26,985 bases of DNA, taken from assembly GCF_006345805.1 (NCBI RefSeq), contig NW_021834103.1, positions 1 to 26,985 on the forward strand, read 5' to 3'. The translations under genes and the position numbers were made by a program. The notes below the pieces were generated by a model that was given only the letters and a program-made list of their open reading frames with translations, searched no databases and had not been told where the DNA came from. Of this stretch, positions 19,205 through 26,985 are shown in pieces. Source of the DNA: Octopus sinensis (Eukaryota). The stretch's first letter is position 1, and every line of letters begins with the position of its first letter.

Positions 19205-20076
19205 AGTTATGGCAAGTAAAAAGCACCATTTGAGCATGGTCAATACCAGTGCCACCTGAATGGCCCCCATGCCGGTGGCATGTCACAAGTACCATTCAAG
19301 TGTGGTCAATACCAGTGCCACCTGAATGGCCCCCATGCCGGTGGCATGTCACAAGTACCATTCAAGTGTGGTCGACGCCAGTGCCATCATCAAATCTAAG
19401 TAGAGACTTCAAACTTGAAATCTTCAAAACCACAGTCGAACCAATTCTACTATATGGCTCAGAAACCTGGACGTTATCAAAGAAGCTTGAGAGGCGGTTG
19501 GATGGAACCTACACTCGCCTCCTTATGAGAGCTCAAAATCTCCCGTGGAAGCGCATCCAACCAAAATGCAATATATGGGAAACTACCACCTGTGTCATCT
19601 CTGTGAAAGGTAGGAGAGTCCAGTTTGCTGGACATTGTTGTAGAGCTGAAAACAAGGTAATTTCTACTCTTCTCCTCTGGAAGCCATCTACTTGCAATAC
19701 CAGAGGGTGCACTCTCTCTTACCCTGATGCAATCTCCAGGGATACAGGCATCCAGCAACAGGACCTCCGTAATGCCATGATGGACCGTGAAGTCTGGCGT
19801 AACATGGTAAATTCCATTGTCTCGACCACGGTCGTGATACCAGAGGGCGCACACTCTCCTACCTTGATGTAATCTCCAGGGATACAGGCATCCAGCAACA
19901 GGACCTCCGTAATGCCATGATGGACCGTGAAGTCTGGCGTAGCATGGTAAATTCCATTGTCTCGACCACGGTCGAACAATGATGATGATGATGATGCCAG
20001 TGCTGCCTGACTGGCCTCCGCACTGGTGGCACGTTAAAAGTACCCACTATATTTTTGGAGCGGTTGGCATTAGGAA
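19205..20076 (+). mobile_element. Host RTE 3' UTR fragment with a 66-bp tandem duplication, split by the LINE above
   Basis: The 66-bp unit starts at 19237 and 19303. The family sequence resumes at 19996 (gccagtgctgcctgactggc..ggttggcattaggaaggctatccagc). Confidence 0.7.
19386..19995 (+). mobile_element. 5'-truncated RTE-clade (RTE/RTE-X-like) LINE with a duplicated 3' end, (TGA)n tail and TSD
   Basis: Translates ..KTTVEPILLYGSETWTLSKKLERRLDGTYTRLLM..RRVQFAGHC..LLLWKP..DTG..DLRNAMMDREVWR (RTE ORF2 C-terminus). 140-bp tandem duplication (19697 and 19837). gccagtgc repeated at 19377-19384 and 19996-20003. Confidence 0.85.
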
Positions 20077-20189
20077 GGCTATCCAGCTTTAGAAACTTTG
20101 TCAGGTCAGATTGGAACAATCTCTCAACGTCACCGATTATTTTTCTTTCGTTTTTTTTTTATCACCAGTTACTTAATGAACGGAATTCT

Positions 20190-20820
20190 GGTTTAAGGAC
20201 CCCATATAAAGGATCTTTTCCGTTTGAACGGCAGTTTTTAACATAATTTCAACGTAACTAAACACTTTTAAACTTCGTATACTGGTAGAATGTGTTTATA
20301 AAACATCTTTTTCTCTTGGCTTTATTGAGAAAATTCTATAGTTTGTAAGATATTTGTTGTTTTTTTTCTTCAATTTCTGCAATTTCAACCAATCAGTGAC
20401 GTCCATTGAGGTAAAAAAAGCATTCTGTGCCGTATGAATATGTCCCTCGTTTAAGAAACAGGGATCTTTTCAGTTTGAACGGCAGTTTTTTTTAATAATT
20501 TCCACAATACTAAACGCTTTTAAACTTCGTATACTGGTAGAATGTGTTTATAAAACATTTTTTTCTCTTGGCTTTATTGAGAAAATTCTATAGTTTGTAA
20601 GATATTTGTTGTTTTTTTTTTTCTTCAATTTCTGCAATTTCAACCAATCACTGACGTCTATTGAGGTAAAAAAAAAACATTCTGTGCCGTATGAAAATGT
20701 CCCTCGTTTAAGAAACAGATTGGGTTTATTTACATTTGTGAAGAAAAAAAAGATACCCTTCCCCCCACCCCTAACCCTAAAACATTGAAATGCAATAGAT
20801 CGATACTAGGGTCATAAGTA
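20190..20820. mobile_element. Unclassified element with a 251-bp internal tandem duplication, possibly Helentron/DINE-like
   Basis: Units start at about 20211 and 20462. The element ends with gaaaaaaaagataccctt (inverted to aaaggatcttttc), ccctaaccctaa and a short palindrome-like tagatcgatacta. Classification is tentative. Confidence 0.4.
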
Positions 20821-20985
20821 AAAGATACAAGATATAGATACAAGCATACATACATACATACATACATACACACACACATGCAGTCCCTCTCTTTCATCTA
20901 TCCCCTAATCCACACAATTCCTTTAAAAGATAAACAGGAATGCTGTGTAGGGTCCACGTGATGTTGTGGCTGCAATGCCTCTTAC

Positions 20986-21115
20986 CTAGAGGATGAAGTA
21001 GCAACACAGGCTTCTGGTAACCTCTCTCAATCAGCTTGCGTTTCGTGTCGTCCATCAGAAGGGCGTGGCCATTGTGGATTGGATTTCTCAGTTGGAAGGC
21101 AAAAATGGCATCTGC
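20986..21115 (-). CDS. PAPSS: PAPS synthase exon with the HxxH nucleotidyltransferase motif (130 nt, phase 0 to 1)
   Basis: [43 protein letters not shown](G); QLRNPxHNGH is the ATP sulfurylase catalytic motif. Acceptor ctttttcag, donor gtaaga. Confidence 0.97.
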
Positions 21116-21126
21116 CTGAAAAAGAT

Positions 21127-22165
21127 GAGTGTGGTAGAAGTTGAGTGTGGGTTGGAGTGTAGGTTGGTCAGTGGTAGAGGTTAAGTGGAAGTTGGAGGTG
21201 GGTTGGTTAGTGGTAGAGGTTGAGTGGAAGTTGGAATGTGGCTTCATGCTGGTAGAGTTAAGTTGAGGTTTGAGTGTAGGTTGCATAGTGGCAGAGGTTG
21301 ATTGCAGACTGGAGGGTGGGTTGGTTAGTGGTAAAGGTTTGAGTGTGGGTTGAGGTGTAGGTTGGTCAGTGGTAGAGGTTGAGTGGAAGTTGGAACGTAG
21401 CTTCATGGTGGTAGAGTTAAGTTGAGGTTTGAGTGTGGGTTGCATAGTGGCAGAGGTTGAGTGCAGGCTGGAGGGTGGGTGGGTTAGTGGTAAAGGTTTG
21501 AGTGTAGGTTGGTTAGCAGTAGAGTTAAGTAGATGCTTGAGTGTAGGTTGTGTAATGGTGGAGGTTGGAATGTGGGTTGGTTAGTTGTAGAGTTTGAGTG
21601 AGATGTGGTAGAGTGTGTGTGGCAGCTGGAGTGTGGGTTTGGTAGTAGAAGAGCTTAACAAGTTTAGAACCTGGGTTGGATAGTGGTGGAAATTAAGTGA
21701 AGAGTGGAGTGTGGGTTAGACATTAGTAGAGGTTGGGTTGTGTAGTAATAAAAACTGAGTGGAGTTTGGAGTGTGGGTTAAGTAAGAACAAAAACTGAGT
21801 GGAGTTTGGAGTGTGGGTTGAGTAGGAACAAATTGAGTGGAGTTTGGTGTGTGGATTAAGTAGGAACAAAAACTGAGTGGAGTTTGGAGTATGGGTTGAG
21901 TGGGAGCAAAAATGGAGTGGAGTTTGGAGTGTGAGTTGAGTAGGAACAAAAACTGAGTGGAGTTTTGAGTATGGGTTGAATGGGAGCAAACATGGAGTGA
22001 AGTTTGGAGTGTGGGTTGAGTAGGAACAAAAATTGAGTGGAGTTTGGAATGTGAGTTGAGTAATAGCAAAGACTGAGTGGAGTTCTGAGTGCAGGCTGAG
22101 TAGTGATAGAGGTTGAGTAGAGGTTGGCATGTGGCCTGAGTTTGAGTGGAAGTAGAGAACATGTA
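21127..22165. repeat. G/T-rich degenerate minisatellite filling a PAPSS intron
   Basis: gagtgtgggttg-type motifs; a unit of about 42-44 bp (gagtggagtttggagtgtgggttgagtaggaacaaaaact) in 21740-22140. Confidence 0.85.
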
Positions 22166-22181
22166 AACCTGCTCAACTTAC

Positions 22182-22313
22182 TTTCATTTCTTTGAACTTC
22201 ACCCGTAATTCCTTGGGGGTGAGACGGTACTCGTCCAATCCATCATTCCAGGTGATTCGGTCGAGAACCTCCAAATCTCCTCCAGCCAACCAATCTCCAC
22301 TCTCAAAGATCAT
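22182..22313 (-). CDS. PAPSS: PAPS synthase exon (132 nt, phase 0 to 0)
   Basis: Not in the ORF track; read manually as [44 protein letters not shown] (conserved GDWLxGGDL and WNDGLDxYRLTP). Acceptor tctttcag, donor gtaagt. Confidence 0.96.
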
Positions 22314-22374
22314 CTGAAAGACAAGTTAGAATTAATATCATCGATTAATGGATGGTTATTTTGGTTCTTCGAGG

Positions 22375-22990
22375 GGAGGGGGAGTTGGATTGGTGGAGAG
22401 AGAGAGAGAAAAAAGAGAGAGAGGGGTAGAGATACAGATATAGTGAGAGGGATGAGAGGAGAGAAGAGAGGAAGAGGAGGGAGAGGTTGAGAGAAAGGGA
22501 GTGAGGGAGAGAAGGCATAGAGGTTGATAGAGAGGGAGGAAGAGAGGGAGAAAGAAACAGAGAGGTAGGGAGAGAGAGGGAGAAAGAAACAGAGAGAGAG
22601 AGAGAGGCACAGAAAAGTAATGAGAGAGGGAGAAAGAAATAGAGAGAGAAACAGAGGCACAGAGAAGTAGTGAAAGAGAGGGAGGGAGAGCAGGAGAAAG
22701 AAACAGAGGTAGTGAGAGAGAAAAACAGAGGCACAGAGAGGTAATGAGAGAGAAAGAGGGAGAGAGAGGGAAAGAGAGAGGTAGTGAGAGAGAGAGGGAG
22801 AAAGAAACAGAGAGAGAGAGAGAAAAACAGAGGCACAGAGAGGTAATGAGAGAGAAAGAGGGAGAGAGGGAGAAAGAAACAGAGAGGTAGTGTGAGAGAG
22901 AGAGAGAGGGAAAAAGAAATAGAGAGAGAGGGAAAAAGAAATAGAGAGAGAGAGAGACACACACACACATACAGACAGAAAGAAGGGTAG
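22375..22990. repeat. Purine-rich (GA) compound repeat
   Basis: Recurrent gagagagggagaaagaaacagag and gaggcacagag motifs; source of Leu/Ser-rich spurious ORFs. Confidence 0.9.
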
Positions 22991-23130
22991 AGAGACAAAC
23001 AGACAGAAAGGCAGAGAGTCTGAATAAGAGGTGGGATGGTCACAGCTGGAACATCTTTAGCCACCATTATATTATATGTTGTGTTTGAGTAAAAGATTGG
23101 AAGGTCATGGCAGGATTGTCCTTATATTAC

Positions 23131-23336
23131 CTTTATGTAGGGGTGTCCTTTGTTGCAAGTCCCAAACTGTCGACAACAGCGTTCTTCTTTGTTGTGTTTG
23201 AAGAATTCGGGTTTGCGAAGAATGGCCACAGCACGATCTTCGTAGAACAAGGCTATCGCCTGCTTACCACTTAGCCTCTCTTTGTCGTGTGTATGTACCG
23301 GTAATACAATGGGGATGGACTGGTTAGTGACACCTC
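23131..23336 (-). CDS. PAPSS: PAPS synthase exon (206 nt, phase 1 to 0)
   Basis: (G)[68 protein letters not shown]. Acceptor tgttgcag, donor gtaata. The split codon G+GA joins the previous exon in frame. Confidence 0.96.
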
Positions 23337-23374
23337 CTGCAACAGATATAGACACACAGATAAAATACATGTCT

Positions 23375-23422
<48 letters not shown>

Positions 23423-23601
23423 TAAATTAGAGATAAAACCACTATTATGCAAATCAAACAGTGAAAAACATAAACCAAAACATAGAAAATTAATTAATTA
23501 ATATAATATACAAAATATATAAAATATAAAATTCAAATTAAATTAATTAAATTTAAAGTTAAAATTTAAAAAAATTTTTTAATATTAATTTATACTTATA
23601 A

Positions 23602-23666
<65 letters not shown>

Positions 23667-24479
23667 AGTTAATCCAAACAAGAAAGCACAAAAAAACACA
23701 ACAATGCGAGACGTGGAACAAATATAGTATTATTGGACGCTCAGGAAAGAAGGGAAGAAGGAGGGTTTTACGTTTCAAGCAGAGCTCTTCGTCGGAAACA
23801 TAGGAGAAGGAAAAATCCAGAGAAGGGAAGAGAGAGGAAAAAAAAATCGCCAACGGTACGCACGAGGTCACATTTTGACATTATATATATATATATATAT
23901 ACACACACATATGCATAGAGAAGAAAGAGAGAGAGAGAGAAATATGAAAACATAGATAGACAGACAGAAAGTTAACATTTTCTGGCAGCCAGACTCCACT
24001 AGATGTTGGTGGTCCTACTTTAAGGTGTAGAAACTAGCATTACATCTGGTCAGCTGATGATGAGAGGTATCTGTGCTTGTTTCATTTTGATTTTTGTCTT
24101 TCCAGATTTATATGTTTTCACTGTCTTCCATGCCTGTTTTCTTATATATGTGGATATGTGTGTGTGCACATACATACTTTGGAAGCATCTAATGTGTTCG
24201 GTATTTTACAGGCAAGAGTAAATTTCGAATGTAGTATAGCTGTAAAAACAACAGAAAGACAGAATAAAGTTGCCAGCAGCCGGCTACAGGAGTTGAACCT
24301 GTACCCTTCAGATACTGGCTCAGTACTCTACCATTAAGCTAAACAGCTCACTTGCATTAAATGGCTAGACACATTTCATCTCCACTGCCTTTGACACAGC
24401 TGTGTCTTCTTGAATTTGCATTTGTTGAAGATATGAGAGAGGCTATACATACATCATACGTACATACATACATATATGA

Positions 24480-24842
24480 ATAGAGAGATAAAGAGGAGAT
24501 AGAAAAAGAGAGAGAGAGAGATATACAGAAAGATACTTAGATAGAGAAATAGACAGAGAGAGATAAAGAAAAAGTGGTAGAGAGAATGAGATAGGTAGAT
24601 AGACAGAGAGAGAGAGACGGACAAACAGAAAGACAGACAGTTGGATGGATAGACTGACAGGCAGATAGATACATTGATAGAAAGCAAGATAGACAGAGAG
24701 AGACAGAAAGATAAAGAAAAAGAGATAAAGAGAAAGAGATAAACAGAGAGAGAGAGACAGACAGACAGACAACTAGAAAGACAGATGGAGAGGCAGACAC
24801 ATGGATGGATGGATAGACTGATAGATAGCTATTTAGACAGAC

Positions 24843-24884
<42 letters not shown>

Positions 24885-25013
24885 GTAGGTAGATAGGTAG
24901 GTAGATAGATAGATAGGTAGGTAGGTAGGTAGGTAGGTAGGTAGGTAGGTAGATAGATAGATAGATAGATAGATAGGTAGGTAGATAGATAGGTAGATAG
25001 ATAGATAGATAGG

Positions 25014-25044
<31 letters not shown>

Positions 25045-25045
25045 G

Positions 25046-25080
<35 letters not shown>

Positions 25081-25345
25081 GTAGATAGATAGATAGATAG
25101 ATAGATAGGTAGATAGATAGATATAGATAGATACAGAGAGAGATGGATAAATAGGTAGATAAAAAGATAGAAAAAGAGATAGAGAGACAGACAGACAGAT
25201 GGATGGAATGGATGGATAGACTGAGAGGCAGATAGATGGATAGATAAATAAATAGACAGAGAGATAGTTAGATAGGTAAGATAGATAGATAGAGAGACAG
25301 ACAGACACATAGATACATAGATAGACATTCAGAGAGAGAGAGAAA
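24480..25345. repeat. (GATA)/(GGTA)/(GACA) compound microsatellite
   Basis: Direct reading. Confidence 0.92.
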
Positions 25346-25367
25346 GAAAAAAGGACAAAGTGCTTAC

Positions 25368-25479
25368 CATTTAAAAGACAACCGAAATGTTGGGACTGCA
25401 AATATTCTGATTCCCGCATGAACCCTGTCAAAGGGCTGGCCCAGCCCTCACTGAGAACTTGCACCCACTGAAGGTCCAG
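25368..25479 (-). CDS. PAPSS: PAPS synthase, ATP sulfurylase domain, first exon inside the window (112 nt, phase 0 to 1)
   Basis: Translates [37 protein letters not shown](G), matching the conserved WVQVLxEGWAxPLxGFMRE segment of metazoan PAPSS. Acceptor ttttgcag, donor gtaagc. Confidence 0.96.
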
Positions 25480-25741
25480 CTGCAAAACAGGGGACACAAG
25501 AAGAAAGACTTTGGTGTTAGTGAATATAGGACATAGTGGACACGGGGACTGAGGAGGCAGGGAGAGGAGGGACATTGATGGGGGGGGGCGTTGTTTAGCC
25601 CCAGGTCAGTCCTTAGCCAGACATATATATATAAACATATATGTTGGCACTCCGTCCGTTATGACGACGAGGGTTCCAGTTGAGCCGATCAATGGAACAG
25701 CCTGCTCGTGAAATTAACATGCAAGTGGCTGAGTACACCAC

Positions 25742-26320
25742 AGTAGTTAGTATCAGTGGCTATAGTTGTTAATGTTGTTGTTGTTTAGCCCTGGGGCAGT
25801 CCTGATCCAGACAGATCTATGATCGAAGATGTTCCAGCTGTGACCATCTCATTTTTTTTCAGACATACTGTATCATAATCAGCTTTAATTATAGGTCTGA
25901 CTGGATCAGGACTGACCTGGGGTTAAACAACAACTATAGCCACTAATACTAACTATTATACTATACATTAGATAATGTAGTCCTAGATACACTATGCCTG
26001 AATAAAAGATGGGATGGTCACAGCTGGAACGTCTTTGATCATCGGTCAGTCTTGATCAGGCTTGACCTGTGGTTAAACAACAATAACTATAGCCACTAAT
26101 ACTAACTACTATACATTAGATAATGTAGTCCTAGATACACTATGCCTGAATAAAAGATGGGATGGTCACAGCTGGGACATCTTTGATCATAGGTCTGTCT
26201 GGATCAGGACTGACCTGGGGCTAAACAACAATAACTATAGCCACTAATACAAACTACTATACATTAGATAATGTAGTCCTAGATACACTATGCCTGCATA
26301 AAAGATGGGATGGTCACAGG
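25742..26320. repeat. 148-bp-unit repeat: one inverted copy (25742-25870) facing a direct array of about 3 units (25893-26320)
   Basis: cattagataatgtagtcctagatacac at 25966, 26114 and 26262. The reverse complement of 25742-25820 matches 25891-25960. Confidence 0.85.
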
Positions 26321-26399
26321 TGGAAGAGCTTTGAGCTTTTATGTGGCACCATCACCAGTGCTTTTCACGTGGGACTTTGGTTATGGGACATCAATTCTG

Positions 26400-26642
26400 T
26401 TGTGGTGGGCAGGTCCTTTGAGTACAGCATGGCACCAAGTATTTCGGCCCTTTATCATCTCATCTGAAAGGTTCACTGTTCTGAGGGCGTTCTTCAGTAC
26501 TTCGTCCCATTTCTTCCTGGGTCCCCTTCTTCTGTGAGTTCCATCCTCTTTGAGTGAGCGCTATTTCTTCATGCAACTGTCCTCATCCATCCACATCATG
26601 TGACCAAACCGGTGCAGTCTCCTCTCTTGCACACATGATCTT
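26400..26642 (-). mobile_element. Decayed RTE LINE ORF2 C-terminal fragment
   Basis: The minus strand translates ERRLHRFGHMMWMDEDSCMKK*RSLKEDGTHRRRGPRKKWDEVLKNALRTVNLSDEMIKGRNTWCHAVLK (RLRWFGH..RGRP..W..DR..W pattern). Confidence 0.75.
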
Positions 26643-26644
26643 GA

Positions 26645-26985
26645 AACTTTGAACCTCACAGAGGCAATGACTAGTGACTGAGACCTTTGGCGATGTGCTC
26701 TTCATACGAGGACCTGTCAAGTCAAGTGCACCTGTGCTGGTGGCACGTAAAAAATCTTTTCAAGCATCAGGCCTCATAGAGGTGAAGTGACTGAGTTCCT
26801 TTTGGTTTTTGGGCCTCATGGAGGCAATGACCAAGACCTTTGGCATTATGTCATGCTTGAGAAGAAAACCCATCAAACCAAGCAAAATCGCAGTCGTGAC
26901 AGATGCTGGTGTCGTGCAAATGGCACCTGTGCCAGTGACATGTAAAATCACCCATTGCACTTTCAGAGTGGTTGGCATTATTAAG
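26645..26985 (+). mobile_element. RTE LINE 3' end fragments (end of ORF2 plus 3' UTR)
   Basis: LNLTEAMTS..DLWR-like and GLMEAMTK..LWHY..LEK-like segments, followed by gtggcacgtaaaaa and gagtggttggcatta 3' UTR motifs. Confidence 0.65.

Noticed and set aside
20768-20780. Telomere-like CCCTAA repeats
   Set aside because: Only two units, embedded in an interspersed element.
989-25575. Dozens of ORFs rich in Y/I/C/V/H/T/L/S or poly-I/N in the ORF track
   Set aside because: They are translations of (TA)n, (CA)n, (GA)n, (GATA)n and (TAA)n repeats. Only short parts of 13308-13559, 18803-19150, 20894-21445, 23122-23412 and 24829-25575 are real PAPSS exons.
26400-26985. Twin-priming-like inversion of one RTE insertion
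   Set aside because: The two divergent fragments overlap in the ORF2 end but differ strongly in sequence, so they are separate subfamily insertions.

Overview
Eukaryotic, AT-rich, repeat-dense genomic DNA. From the SINE/LINE families I recognise it is most likely an octopus (coleoid cephalopod); this is an inference, not a database match. The only protein-coding gene I can support is the 3' part of a PAPS synthase (PAPSS) on the minus strand. Seven exons (25479-25368, 23336-23131, 22313-22182, 21115-20986, 19026-18884, 16161-16036, 13553-13308) have canonical GT-AG sites and consistent phases. They splice to 1095 nt (364 aa plus stop) of the ATP sulfurylase domain. The APS-kinase exons must lie beyond the right edge. 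The rest is microsatellites, minisatellites, tRNA-derived and other SINEs, RTE-clade LINE fragments, a Tc1/mariner relic and MITEs (hAT, piggyBac, foldback). Almost all ORFs in the supplied track are repeat artefacts. The most interesting non-coding signals are: (1) five hammerhead-ribozyme-like motifs, two of them 291 nt apart in a degenerate tandem repeat on the sense strand of a PAPSS intron (retrozyme-like, with a piggyBac MITE triplet inserted at one cleavage site); (2) a SINE-like family that inserted twice, inverted, into the same position of its own copies, with target duplications starting GGTAYTT; (3) a near-perfect 84-93 bp hairpin in the probable PAPSS 3' UTR whose mismatches are mostly A-C on the gene strand. 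Repeat boundaries are approximate unless a TSD or TIR is quoted.
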